From a virus, in the IMG/VR virus record IMGVR_UViG_3300031552_000004, positions 3,340 through 67,339 of that record: a stretch of DNA of 64,000 bases; one strand, given 5' to 3'. Of this stretch, positions 1-10,095 are shown in pieces. Positions within the stretch are counted from its first letter, which is position 1, and each line of letters starts with the position of its first letter. The position numbers were made by a program, and so were the translations under genes. A model generated the notes under the pieces. That model had not been told where the DNA came from. It worked only from the letters and a program-made list of their open reading frames with translations, and ran no database searches.

Positions 1-2718
1 GTGATTCGTGATATTGGTGCCTTTTGTCCATTCGTCCGGCACACCGTCTGCATCGTCGTCATCACCGAAGTGAGAATCCGCCAGCAAGTTGTATCCGCCG
101 ACTGTTACGTCCAGCTTAGTCGCCGTGATCGCGTTGGTGGCGATATTGTCTCCGATGACCGTTCCGGCGACGATGGCGGATCCGGCATTGATCGTGTGGG
201 TATAGATGTTCCCACCGTCAATGTACGTCATGTCCGCCGGCCACGCCCAACCTTGCACCGCCAGAGCCGTCGCAGCAGACGTGAACATGCGATTGGTCGC
301 CGTTGCCCCCAAGGCTGAAATGCCAATGGTCGTGGTGAAGATGTCTCCACCGTCTATCTTGGTCGTGTCGCTCGGATGGACCCAGCCCTGTACCGCGCTC
401 GCCGTGCCTGCCGTGTTGAACATGCGCCCCGTAGCATCTGCGGCGAACTTGGCGACGGTGATGGTATTGGTGTAGATGTCACCGCCATCGATCTTTGTCG
501 CATCTCCAGCATACATCCAGCCTGCGACCTTCGACGCCGTACCCGATGCCCCGAACATGAGATCCGTTGCAGACGTGCCCAAGTCGCCTACCAGGATGGA
601 GCCGGTTTGAATTTCCGTTGAGGTGATTGTATTCGCCGCAATTTCGTTCGCCGTGATCGTGTTCGCTGCGATGTTGTTTCCGCTGATGAAGACGCCCGTC
701 TCCTGATGCCCACCGAACACGGTATAGGTCGCGTCTTTGCTCGCACTACCATTATCCTCCGCTACGGCGACGAGGATACGATTGGCCCCCACCGCCGATG
801 CGGGAGAAGTCACATGCTGCAAGGCGGCGGTGCTCACGTCCGTGTCAAGAAAGACGTACGTCACCGCGCTCATGTTGCCGGTGTTGCCCGCGCCTATGTT
901 GTACGTTGTCCCGTCCGATAGGGCCATCGTCCCGGCAGTCCACGCCACGGTATCATTGTCGGATGCGGAGAATACAAGCGAGTGGGACCATCCCAGGAGT
1001 GCAGGCGTGTACACAGCCGATGGGAACGCGAGCGGCGTGATGGCAGTCCCGATCTCGGTCCAGGCCGAATAGTTCTGCGACCGGTCCTTGGAACGGACCT
1101 TGTACCAATATGCCGTCCCGGTGTCTACCTTTTGGTCGATGTAGTAGATCGCCTGCAGGTTATCGAACAGCGTCACGGCATAAGTACCCGGCGATCCACC
1201 CGAATCCGCTGCCCGCTTGCCGTGATAGCCAAGCAGGTCCGCATCCGTTCCGATGTCCCAATACAGGTGAATGCTGCCCTCGTGCGCTTCCGCCGTCACG
1301 CCCGTCGGGACAGCAGGCGGGATGGTGTCGGTGCCGGAGGTGATGCTTTGCGTATCCGACCAGGCCGATGCATTGCCCGCCCAGTCCAACGCTCGCACCC
1401 TGGCGTAATAGGTCGTGTCGGCGAGCAACCCTTCCCATATTTCCTTGCGATCACCGTCGCCAGCAGAAAGCCGCGTCATCACGTCGGAGGAAAAGTCGCT
1501 GACGAGGCTGAGCTGCGCCTCGTAGTGGTCTAGATCCGTGTCGGATACCAACCCCCAGGTCATTGCGATCCATACGAGCTGTGTGCCATCGCCCTGCGTG
1601 CGGACACCTGTCGAGAGATTACCCGCCTCGAAGGTCGGCGTGGCCGGCGCGTCCAGGTCAAATACCTTTGTCGTCACGTCGCGCTGGCTGCGTTCCACAC
1701 GGTTCACACCCGCCTGCCAGCTTCGGGACGCACTGACGTTCTGCGCTACTCCATCGCCAAGTTCGAGGTTGTAGGATCGAACCTGGCTCTGTCCGCTCCA
1801 GTTGATAGTCAGACGCTCGACAGTCAACGTCTCGTCTACGCCCCAGTCCTGCACCCGGAGTCGCACGTCCATTCCGGCCCGTAGGCCCGTCTTTCGCGTG
1901 GTGACATCGTAACTCACTTGAGGATAGGCGTACTTGGCGAGCACTGCGGATCCGCGTGCATCCGCAGATCCTACCGTGTCGATCTGGCTGTCCGTCACCA
2001 CCGCCATGCGCGCACCGTACAGGGCAACGCTCGTCGCGTTCTCCACGAACGAGGTCACGTCTCCGCCGACGATGAGCACCTGGTTCACGATGTCCTTGGC
2101 ATTCTCCTTGCGGCGAACGGACTGATAGGCGAACGCACTCCCACCGCCAGGATAGTCGGACAGGAACCACGCCGCCGTGCTGCTCTCAGCGGAGAAATAG
2201 TGCAATCGCTTGGCGTAGTCCACATACCAGTGCCCGCCTGTCTGCTCAGCTACTTGCTGCACCGCATCCAGCAAGCTCTGGTTGCCGAACGAGACGGACA
2301 TGGCCGGAGTCAGTTCTGCGACGTAGGTCGTGGCCTCAATGTCGGGTCGGTAGGCAGTAAATAGACGGTCCAGGATCTCTGCGTCCGAATAGGCGATGTA
2401 TTCCGTCCCGCCAACGATGTCTGTTTCCTCGACGAGCCGATTATAGTCGGAGCAGCGGACGGTCATCGTACGCCCGGTGTGGCGCGTGGCGATCAGATCC
2501 CAGTCTGAATCCATCACCTCGCCCTGGAATAGTGTACCCGCCGCATCCTTGATCTTCACTTCGGCGCGCGCGGAGATGGAGATGTTGGCCGCGCCGACTT
2601 CCTTGAGCCGGAACGACGCCACCGCCGCAAAGTCGCCCGCGCTCTGCTCGATGGTGAGACTGTCTGCTTCCAGGTAGGAGATGTAGTCTGTCCCGCCGAC
2701 GCCCAGGTAGTTCGCCAT
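1..2718 (-). CDS. Tail tip/host-specificity protein with FnIII-like domains (runs off the left end of the window)
   Basis: Manually translated open frame from ATG 2718 (MANYLGVGGTDYISYLEADSLTIEQS...), directly after the tape measure gene. Contains FnIII-like segments (YYARVRALDWAGNASAWS, YWYKVRSKDRSQNYSAW) and three ~38-aa repeats (GW..D.T.IDGG.I.T.TI). Absent from the ORF track because no stop codon lies in the window. Confidence 0.8.
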   Translation of the reverse strand, partial: MANYLGVGGTDYISYLEADSLTIEQSAGDFAAVASFRLKEVGAANISISARAEVKIKDAAGTLFQGEVMDSDWDLIATRHTGRTMTVRCSDYNRLVEETDIVGGTEYIAYSDAEILDRLFTAYRPDIEATTYVAELTPAMSVSFGNQSLLDAVQQVAEQTGGHWYVDYAKRLHYFSAESSTAAWFLSDYPGGGSAFAYQSVRRKENAKDIVNQVLIVGGDVTSFVENATSVALYGARMAVVTDSQIDTVGSADARGSAVLAKYAYPQVSYDVTTRKTGLRAGMDVRLRVQDWGVDETLTVERLTINWSGQSQVRSYNLELGDGVAQNVSASRSWQAGVNRVERSQRDVTTKVFDLDAPATPTFEAGNLSTGVRTQGDGTQLVWIAMTWGLVSDTDLDHYEAQLSLVSDFSSDVMTRLSAGDGDRKEIWEGLLADTTYYARVRALDWAGNASAWSDTQSITSGTDTIPPAVPTGVTAEAHEGSIHLYWDIGTDADLLGYHGKRAADSGGSPGTYAVTLFDNLQAIYYIDQKVDTGTAYWYKVRSKDRSQNYSAWTEIGTAITPLAFPSAVYTPALLGWSHSLVFSASDNDTVAWTAGTMALSDGTTYNIGAGNTGNMSAVTYVFLDTDVSTAALQHVTSPASAVGANRILVAVAEDNGSASKDATYTVFGGHQETGVFISGNNIAANTITANEIAANTITSTEIQTGSILVGDLGTSATDLMFGASGTASKVAGWMYAGDATKIDGGDIYTNTITVAKFAADATGRMFNTAGTASAVQGWVHPSDTTKIDGGDIFTTTIGISALGATATNRMFTSAATALAVQGWAWPADMTYIDGGNIYTHTINAGSAIVAGTVIGDNIATNAITATKLDVTVGGYNLLADSHFGDDDDADGVPDEWTKGTNITNH

Positions 2719-5700
2719 CAGCGTATGTTCCTGCGAAGGCTGCGCCGATCAATTGCCTTCTGCACCAGTTCGGCCAGCAAGTAGATGTCGTGGTCAGAGC
2801 GTACGCTATCGCGCCCAAAGTTGAGATTGTACGTATCACCGCCGCGCTCAGAAAAGGCCGCGGCTGCGACAGGTGCTGGTGCAGCTTGCGGGAAGTTCAC
2901 CGCTGCATCTAGCTTGGTGGTGATGCCGCCCTTCATATCTTCCGCAAAATCCTTCCACGCCGTGTGGATGGGTAGGGGGCTGCCGGGAATGGCCCAGGCT
3001 GGCAGGCTTGGGAGATGGATCTTGAAGCTGAACACGTGGTCCTGTATCCACTGCCAGAAACTTTTCGCCGCAGTTTCCAGCGCACCCATCGTGTTGTCCC
3101 ATGCCGTCTGGACCGCACCGAGAGCCGTTTCAACGTTCGTTTGTACGGTGTTTACTGCCGTGGTGATGGTGCTCTGGATGCCTGTCCAGATTGTTTCTAC
3201 CGTCGTTTTGAGCGTGTCCCACATAGTCGGGATCGTGCCGCCATCGCCAAAGGTCGCTGTCCAACTATCAGTGACGGACGTGACGATGGCTTCCACGGTT
3301 TCGACAATGCTCGTTTTGATCGTCTCCCATACTGTCACGGCTGAGGTCTTGAAGTTTTCCCACATGGTAGGAATCGTGCCACCTTCACCGAACGTCTCCG
3401 TCCATTTGTCAATAACCCATGTCTTTACGATAGTCCAGATTGCTTGCCACATCGTGTCCCACTGTTCTTGTAGGCCCTGGAACACAGGACGGGCACGCAC
3501 GGCGAAAGCGACCAAGACACCGAGTGCCAAGGCCAACCATCCAATGGGTCCGAGGGAAAGACCAGCAGCCTTCGCCAATCCGCCGAATATGCCAATGAGA
3601 GGCGAAAGCAGGAACTTGGCGATCTTGGCGGTTACGGCGACGACGGCCAGCGCACCGGCAATTTTGCCCAAGTTCTGTACGAACGAGTCACCATTGCCTT
3701 CCGCATCCTTTGGGAATAAGTTGTTCAAGAACTCGACAACCGCTTGCACGTCTGGATCCTCAATGAAATCCCCAAACGCCTTGGTCAACTTGTACCACGC
3801 CAGCCGTATGCGCCAGATGGCAGGGCGGATCTCCTCGTCTACCCACTGGTTGAACTTGTAACGCAGCTTGATCAGCATGACGGTGAACTTTTGCTGCGCA
3901 TCTTTGAACGCTTTACTTACGCCTTTCGTGTCGGGCGTCGGGAGCACCATGCGCGGTAACTCGATCTCCGGCAAAGTGACCTTCTCTGCCTTGGGCAGTT
4001 TGATCTTCGCGACCTTCTGTTCCTTCTGGATGTCCGCCTGTATCTGAGCGAGCCGGACCAATTGGTCGATCAGCTTTTCCTGCAGGGACAATCGCTCACG
4101 CACCGGGTCTACGGCATCCTCAGCCTGCTTCTTCTGCTCCTCCGCCGCCTTTACTTCATCGTGCGCCGCACGAACGCCCTTCTTTGCTGCTTCGATCTCC
4201 GCCCGTTTTGCCGCCAGTGCCTTCGGGTCCGCACCTGCACGCTGCATCTTGGTATAGTCGGCGATCAGCTTGGTCAGCGCACCTTGTGCCGTCTTTTGCT
4301 TGCTTTGCGCCTTGGTCAGTCGTTCCCCAGCGGCACGTACCGCTTCCTCCGCCCGCAGTAGGTCGAAGTTCTTGCGTGCCAAGTCCGCCAGTTGGTCGCC
4401 CAGCGCCCCGCCCGCCTTGCGTATGTTGTCGAACATCTCCGCCGGGATTGCACCCGTCTTGCGGAACTGGTCAAGCGCCTTGATCATGTCCGTGGACAAG
4501 GACTTGAGGATCGTCGCCGCTTCCGGTGCCTTGAGCTGGCCCAGGCCGACCATCGCTTGCAGGGCATTGCCCAGCCGGGTCTGGAAGCTGTCAAGCGCGG
4601 AGAAATCCACGTTGGTGAAGCCCTTGAGCCATTCCGCCGCCGTTGCCATGCCCCACTTGTCGATGTCAGATGCGATGCGCGGTGGCGATCCGGGTGCCAT
4701 CCAGAACGTGAGCAGGCCCGTTAGGAAATTCATCGCGGTCGAGATGGCGTAGGATGCACCCTGGATCAGTCCAGCGGCGAACTGGGTGGAGAAGTTGTAA
4801 CCCCACACCAGGGCGTTATAGATGAACGTCTCGAACTTGTTTTCGTAGGAGAAGATCAGGTTATCCAAAGCCAGTAGGCCACGCTCCGCAAGCTGGTTGA
4901 ATTGTTCAGCAGCAGCCGCCAGCGCGGGCCCCAGTCGCGTCTCGAAGAATGTTGTCAGGTGAGGACCGACGTTGTTGATGATAGTGTCGAATGTGTCCAA
5001 CACCGCGTCCGCCGCGGGGAGCAGTGACATGCCGAGCCGGTGCGAAAGGTTCTGGACGCTGACACCCAACCGCTGGAACCGCTCGGCGGTGGTAAGCTGC
5101 ATATCGCCCATGTCCTCAAGCATCCGCGTCACGGATTCAGCGGTCGCGTCAAGGATGGCGAGGGACTTTTGTTGCGCCGTGAGCTGGTCCACGGTGACGC
5201 CAACCTTGTCCGCCATCTTCTGGTTGGCGTCGCCCAGCTTGAGCACGATGCCGGTGTTGTCGATCAGCAGCGGGGAGGCGCGCTTTACGCCGGTGACGAG
5301 GCTGCTGAACAGGTAGTCCACGTCCTGCCCGGTCGCCCTGGCCGCGGCGCGTGCGCCCTTGAGCAACAGGGGCAACTTCTCGCCGAACTCTTGACCCAGT
5401 TCCTGACCCGCACCGACTAGAGCCAAGTTAGCCTTGCGCATCAACTCCATGTCAGTGACGGTGCCCTGTGCCGCCTGCTGCATGGCTTCCAGAGACACAC
5501 CGAACCGCATCGCGTTGCGATCGAATGCCTGCATGATGCCGGGCAACGGTGCCGCATTCTTCGCCAGCTTGGTCAACCCGACGGCAGCCGCACCCGCCGC
5601 AGCCGTGACTGCCCCGAGCCCGACAGTAGCGATCTTCGCCGCCCCGGTGACGGCAGCCCGAAACTTGCCGACCGCGCCTTCGGCTTTGTTCAGGTTGGAC

Positions 5701-5765
5701 GTGAACTTGTCCGTCTCTGCGATGACGGGAACGACGAGGCGAGCGACAGTGATGGTTCTAGGCAC
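2718..5765 (-). CDS. Tape measure protein
   Basis: 1015 aa, Ala-rich and helical, periodic Trp residues in the C-terminal half, directly follows the tail chaperone pair. Confidence 0.92.
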   Translation of the reverse strand: MPRTITVARLVVPVIAETDKFTSNLNKAEGAVGKFRAAVTGAAKIATVGLGAVTAAAGAAAVGLTKLAKNAAPLPGIMQAFDRNAMRFGVSLEAMQQAAQGTVTDMELMRKANLALVGAGQELGQEFGEKLPLLLKGARAAARATGQDVDYLFSSLVTGVKRASPLLIDNTGIVLKLGDANQKMADKVGVTVDQLTAQQKSLAILDATAESVTRMLEDMGDMQLTTAERFQRLGVSVQNLSHRLGMSLLPAADAVLDTFDTIINNVGPHLTTFFETRLGPALAAAAEQFNQLAERGLLALDNLIFSYENKFETFIYNALVWGYNFSTQFAAGLIQGASYAISTAMNFLTGLLTFWMAPGSPPRIASDIDKWGMATAAEWLKGFTNVDFSALDSFQTRLGNALQAMVGLGQLKAPEAATILKSLSTDMIKALDQFRKTGAIPAEMFDNIRKAGGALGDQLADLARKNFDLLRAEEAVRAAGERLTKAQSKQKTAQGALTKLIADYTKMQRAGADPKALAAKRAEIEAAKKGVRAAHDEVKAAEEQKKQAEDAVDPVRERLSLQEKLIDQLVRLAQIQADIQKEQKVAKIKLPKAEKVTLPEIELPRMVLPTPDTKGVSKAFKDAQQKFTVMLIKLRYKFNQWVDEEIRPAIWRIRLAWYKLTKAFGDFIEDPDVQAVVEFLNNLFPKDAEGNGDSFVQNLGKIAGALAVVAVTAKIAKFLLSPLIGIFGGLAKAAGLSLGPIGWLALALGVLVAFAVRARPVFQGLQEQWDTMWQAIWTIVKTWVIDKWTETFGEGGTIPTMWENFKTSAVTVWETIKTSIVETVEAIVTSVTDSWTATFGDGGTIPTMWDTLKTTVETIWTGIQSTITTAVNTVQTNVETALGAVQTAWDNTMGALETAAKSFWQWIQDHVFSFKIHLPSLPAWAIPGSPLPIHTAWKDFAEDMKGGITTKLDAAVNFPQAAPAPVAAAAFSERGGDTYNLNFGRDSVRSDHDIYLLAELVQKAIDRRSLRRNIR

Positions 5766-6126
5766 CGAGCATCCTCTCCAACTTGCCCTCCTTGTCGATC
5801 ACTTCAGCCCCCATCATCGACGCGACGAACAGCATTTGATTCAGGTTGCGGTCAGCGTTCGGTATCGGTTCTTCCGGCGACGGGTCGGGCATAAAGTCCG
5901 CTGGTTCCCAGGCGCTCTTGCCCTTGGGCTTCGACAGGAGCGTGCCGAGCAGGGCGCCCGCATATGCCATCCTGAACGGCATCTGTCCGAAAGGCTCCTC
6001 CCGGTGGAACTCGACCCATTCCTCGAAGATCCGGTAGGGCATTCGCGCCAGCATCGCGTCCGGGTTGTAGACCCAGTATCCAGATGCCAGCGCCAGGCGG
6101 AACGCGAACCGGCGAAGCGGGGTCAG
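5758..6126 (-). CDS. Tail assembly chaperone, C-terminal part in the -1 frame (gpGT-like)
   Basis: The -1 frame is open from the slippery site (KLTPLRRFAFRLALASG...) into track ORF 5758..6054. Confidence 0.8.
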   Translation of the reverse strand: MTPLRRFAFRLALASGYWVYNPDAMLARMPYRIFEEWVEFHREEPFGQMPFRMAYAGALLGTLLSKPKGKSAWEPADFMPDPSPEEPIPNADRNLNQMLFVASMMGAEVIDKEGKLERMLGA

Positions 6127-6512
6127 TTTTTTGCCGGCTGTTCCTTGTCCACATCTTCGCTCGATTCAACCAGCTCGAAGCCCGCTGCGGACATGGATTC
6201 AGACACGACGTTTATCACGTCCATGGCACTCTTGCGGACGAGCACCTTGCCATCTTCCTTGGTCAGCATGGGTTCCTTCGTTGTCGGATCCACGATGCAA
6301 CGTATTGCCAGATCGCCCAAGTTGATCTTGCCGTAATCGAGTTCGCTTTTCCCGTCGGCACGCTCTCTGAACGCACCGCTTGCCATGAGATGCTGCATGG
6401 TCAGGGCGTCCATCTCCTTGACCATGACCATGCCTCCGAAAGCCTCGACGTCGCGCGTCTTGACTTCGGATTCAAGGATCTGCTCGCGGGACAGATAGGT
6501 GTTACCCGCCAT
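6123..6512 (-). CDS. Tail assembly chaperone (gpG-like)
   Basis: 129 aa, between tail tube and tape measure; LSREQIL N-terminus. Confidence 0.85.
   Translation of the reverse strand: MAGNTYLSREQILESEVKTRDVEAFGGMVMVKEMDALTMQHLMASGAFRERADGKSELDYGKINLGDLAIRCIVDPTTKEPMLTKEDGKVLVRKSAMDVINVVSESMSAAGFELVESSEDVDKEQPAKN
6126..6132 (-). other. Programmed -1 frameshift slippery heptamer A AAA AAC
   Basis: GCA AAA AAC TGA at the end of the chaperone ORF, at the canonical position upstream of the tape measure gene. Confidence 0.85.
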
Positions 6513-6530
6513 TTCGTTTACCTCCGTCTG

Positions 6531-6995
6531 TTATGTAACGGTGAGTGTGGGCTTGCCGCTGACTTCCACGGTCACGTCAGCACTGAACGCGCCCTGCACG
6601 TCCCCCATGTTGGGGGTGAATTCCTGAACGAAGCCACGGAACACGAACGTCGCCGTTCCGCCAGTGAGCTTGATGTTGCGCCACCGCCAGCGGGGAAGCG
6701 ATGTACCGTTGTAGGCCGCGTTGAAGCTACCCCACAGGCCCGTTGCGGTACTACCTGCGTGCATGGCCTGGTTGGGGTCCCAGTTGAGCGAAAACGTGAG
6801 CTGCCCCGGCGTCGGGACGCCAGCGAACTTCTGCTGCCACGTGCCGCCCGTCATGTCATGGTCCACCGGGATCTCGATGGATTCACGGCTGACGCCCGGC
6901 CCGCTGACATCACGAATCTGCGCGATGTCCCCATACGATGTACCGCCAGCGAAATCGACACCGAGGTCGGCGCCCAAAGTCGGACTTCTAACCAT
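6531..6995 (-). CDS. Major tail tube protein
   Basis: 154 aa; IRDVSGPG.SRESIE, GQLTFSLNWDP and final VEVSGKP motifs typical of siphovirus tube proteins. Confidence 0.85.
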   Translation of the reverse strand: MVRSPTLGADLGVDFAGGTSYGDIAQIRDVSGPGVSRESIEIPVDHDMTGGTWQQKFAGVPTPGQLTFSLNWDPNQAMHAGSTATGLWGSFNAAYNGTSLPRWRWRNIKLTGGTATFVFRGFVQEFTPNMGDVQGAFSADVTVEVSGKPTLTVT

Positions 6996-7054
6996 GTCTT
7001 AACTCCTTTTCCAAGTACCTAAGGCTTGACATTGACATAGGAGCATGGGCGAGA

Positions 7055-7684
7055 CTACCCTGCCGCCGTGTCCATTCCTGGCGTCGAGTGCCAGCGTTCC
7101 TGCAAAAGCGCCTGGTCGTGTCGCCACCAGTCCGCGTGTGGCTCGTGCAACTCGTGAGCCACGTAGACCGATGGCACCCACAATGATCGGGCGCGGTGTT
7201 CCTTTTCCATCCTGCGCTGCCAGTCCACGTCACTTGCATAGTGGACGTAGCTTTCATCCATCAGCCCATACGCCAATGCTTCCTGTGTCACGTACAGGCA
7301 GAACCCGGCGAGATGGCCCACGATCTGCGGCTTGCGAATGTTGCCCCGCGTCCCGCTGTTCTGCGGCCAAGTCCGGCAGGGACCGGAAGGACCGACGAAC
7401 CATGCGCGCATGTACTTCCATTCCTCCGCCGCATCTCGCAACGCTTTGAGCCATCCCGCATCCGGTTCGCAGTCATCTACCAGGATTACAGCATCGCCAC
7501 CAGCCACCAGTCGCAATCCCTCGTTGACCGTCTTGGTGAACCCTTGCCGCTTGTCGTCCTCCACCACGCAGATACCACAGTCGCAGCCCGCCACGTTCAT
7601 TGCGTGGATGGCCGTAGCGTGGCCCTTGGCAAAGTCGAGCGTCGGGACGATGATGCTAGGTTTTGTATGGCATACAACATTCAC
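7055..7684 (-). CDS. Glycosyltransferase, GT2/GT-A fold
   Basis: SIIVPT, GFTKTVNEGL, LVDDC, MDE.Y.HYASDVDW motifs. Confidence 0.8.
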   Translation of the reverse strand: MNVVCHTKPSIIVPTLDFAKGHATAIHAMNVAGCDCGICVVEDDKRQGFTKTVNEGLRLVAGGDAVILVDDCEPDAGWLKALRDAAEEWKYMRAWFVGPSGPCRTWPQNSGTRGNIRKPQIVGHLAGFCLYVTQEALAYGLMDESYVHYASDVDWQRRMEKEHRARSLWVPSVYVAHELHEPHADWWRHDQALLQERWHSTPGMDTAAG

Positions 7685-8487
7685 AGCACGCTCTCCACCG
7701 CCGCCCAGAATTCATCGATCGGACCCTGGAAGCCCAGCCGTTCGGGTTCGTTCTCGATGTACTCCATCGCACCGATTCGCCCGTCCACGATCAGTTCGCA
7801 CCCCGCAGCCCACGCCTCCGCCACCGTCCTACCGAATGCTTCGGGCCATTGCGGAAAGAACACGAACGACTTGGCGTTTCCCATGATGGACGGCATGCGC
7901 TGGTAAGGCACTTCGCCCACCACACGGATGTATGGCGGCAGCTTCCCGAAATCCATCATCGGCGTGCCTATCAAGGCCAGCGTTTCACCCGTCCTGTATG
8001 CCCAGTCCACTGCCATCGGCGCGCCCTTGTAGACGTCTACCCGACCGACGAAGATCGCGCCCTCGCGTTCATCCTTCGGCTTAGCAGCTTGTCTGAAAGA
8101 CTCCAGATTCACCGGCGGCGGAAGGATCACGTGCGGGGCGTCGAACGGGTAGCCGAAGGCATCTACTTGCGCCTGACTCGAAAAGATCAACAACGTCGCT
8201 TGCTCCAACAGGCACCGTCTGAATAGGCCATCGCCCGCATACCACGGATCCCGTACGTGCTTTACCGTTGGCTTTTGCAGCAGGATCTCCAGCCATCGCT
8301 GATCGTACGTCGTGCTGTTCTGGACCACGTAGCACTCGATGTCATCTGGCGGGCGCTTGTTCGGTGGGCAATAGACGATCTTCGCCCAGTCCGGGGCGTG
8401 ATCTACCAACGCTCCGCAGCTCATTTCACTTCCGCCGTGAATGCCTACGTCTGATTGGAGCCACCCTATACGCACCTTGTCTACCAT
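7681..8487 (-). CDS. Glycosyltransferase, GT4/GT-B fold
   Basis: GGSE, FVGRVDVYKG, WPEAFGRTVAEAWAAG; RBS AAGGAGG before ATG 8487. Confidence 0.88.
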   Translation of the reverse strand: MVDKVRIGWLQSDVGIHGGSEMSCGALVDHAPDWAKIVYCPPNKRPPDDIECYVVQNSTTYDQRWLEILLQKPTVKHVRDPWYAGDGLFRRCLLEQATLLIFSSQAQVDAFGYPFDAPHVILPPPVNLESFRQAAKPKDEREGAIFVGRVDVYKGAPMAVDWAYRTGETLALIGTPMMDFGKLPPYIRVVGEVPYQRMPSIMGNAKSFVFFPQWPEAFGRTVAEAWAAGCELIVDGRIGAMEYIENEPERLGFQGPIDEFWAAVESVL

Positions 8488-8510
8488 CGTTCCTCCTTGA
8501 TGTTGAGGAT

Positions 8511-9668
8511 TCACCAGAGCGTGGCCTCAATGTGAGCCACTATGGGTTTCCAGTACCGATTCCATACCACGTCATAATCGTAGTTCGCGGCGACGAACCC
8601 AAGGCCAGCTTCGCGCATCGACGCCTTTTTCTCGTCGTCCCAGGTGTACAGTTCTTCTAGCCCCTCTATGATGCGCCCGATGCTCGGAAGCTGCCACCAA
8701 TACTCCAGGCCCGCAACCCAGAACGGTTGTAGCGGCTCGATCGCAATGCCGTTGACGCACAATTCCGTGGTGGACGAGCACCGCTGCGTGAGCACCGGTA
8801 TCCCGCACGCCTGCGCTTCCAACAACGGAAGGCAAAAGCCCTCGCCCATACTCGGCAAAGCCATCACGTCCGATGCCTGGTAAATCTTGGCAATCTGCTC
8901 GTCGCCCAATCCTATCGCCAAGTTGCCAGGAAGTGGGAATGCCATCGCATCTCCCGGCAGTTGCAGGGCGTTCATCAGCACGTCAAAGTAGATCCCTTGA
9001 TCGCCGCTGCCATACGGTTGCTTGGTGGTGTGGCAGTAGAGCAGTGCCTCCGGGTGGATGTCATGAAACATCTTGAATGCCGCCAGCAGCTCAGGCCAGC
9101 CTTTCCTCGCCGGATAGCCCTTATTCGCAGCGACAATGGAGATGATGAAGCGATCCTGCGGCAACCCCACCTCCTGCTGTGCCTTCGCCTTGTCGCCGGG
9201 CTTGAACACGTTCAGATCCACGCCGTGCGGTGCGTACAGCGGATCGAAACCCGCATCCTTGAGCTGCGCTCGCCCGAACTGGCTATAGGCGATGATATAG
9301 TCCGCACCCCGCAGCCGGTCGCGTGCATACTTGTTGATCGGCGCCCCATCCACTGGGACCATCGCCGCCCACGGCACTCCCACAAGCTGGCGCGTGTTCG
9401 GCGGTAGAGCCCACACGTCGTAGAGCGAGATGCACAAGTCCGCCTGAAAATGCTGATTGTAGGCGTTGATGCAGTCCGCATTCTGTCGTGCCTCGCGCAA
9501 CCCGTAGTGCGGTATGCCATCCCATACTAGCGTTGCACCGGAAAGGCCAAAGTTGGCAATGATCGCCACCTCGTGACCGTCACCACGCAAGCGTCGGGCA
9601 ATCTGTCTCGCCTGTCCCGCGTATCCCGTCATGGTCCAGGCCGCATTCGTCCATAGAGTTATTCGCAA
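8511..9668 (-). CDS. Glycosyltransferase, GT4/GT-B fold
   Basis: TGYA, PHGVD..F.P, RKGW, PSMGEGFCLPLLEAQACGIPV. Confidence 0.92.
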   Translation of the reverse strand: MRITLWTNAAWTMTGYAGQARQIARRLRGDGHEVAIIANFGLSGATLVWDGIPHYGLREARQNADCINAYNQHFQADLCISLYDVWALPPNTRQLVGVPWAAMVPVDGAPINKYARDRLRGADYIIAYSQFGRAQLKDAGFDPLYAPHGVDLNVFKPGDKAKAQQEVGLPQDRFIISIVAANKGYPARKGWPELLAAFKMFHDIHPEALLYCHTTKQPYGSGDQGIYFDVLMNALQLPGDAMAFPLPGNLAIGLGDEQIAKIYQASDVMALPSMGEGFCLPLLEAQACGIPVLTQRCSSTTELCVNGIAIEPLQPFWVAGLEYWWQLPSIGRIIEGLEELYTWDDEKKASMREAGLGFVAANYDYDVVWNRYWKPIVAHIEATLW

Positions 9669-9710
9669 CGTTTCCTCCCGCGGCGTTAGTTCCGCTTTGT
9701 GATTGGTAAA

Positions 9711-10094
9711 CTACACTTTATGGTCTATCACCACTTCGACCGTCTCCCGTTCCTTTTCGTAGCCCGGTTCCCACGAGTTGAAACGGTTGTCCACGAAACT
9801 GTATCCTACCGCCGTCCCGCTTTCCCACCCGGCAAAGGCTGCGAAAAGCTGGTCGCCGATCGTCCTCGCCGCGCTGACTGTCTCAGCATAGGCATCGAAC
9901 TGGACGCGGTAGGTCCATCTGTCCGGCGTCCCGTCGTGGTCCTGGTAGTCGTTGGCCGGCGTGCTCACGAACGTGTATGTCACCAGTGGAAAGGTCGGGT
10001 TGGCTGGGATGCGGGGGTAAACCCTCGTCCCGACCAGGGCCGACAACCCACTGTACGCCGTGCAGCGCGCCTTGATCGACTCCGCGACTCCCAC
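9711..10094 (-). CDS. Tail terminator/completion protein (DUF3168-like)
   Basis: LSALVGTRVYP, PLVTY, RVQFDAYA motifs; position after the neck genes. Confidence 0.8.
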   Translation of the reverse strand: MGVAESIKARCTAYSGLSALVGTRVYPRIPANPTFPLVTYTFVSTPANDYQDHDGTPDRWTYRVQFDAYAETVSAARTIGDQLFAAFAGWESGTAVGYSFVDNRFNSWEPGYEKERETVEVVIDHKV

Positions 10095-10095
10095 G

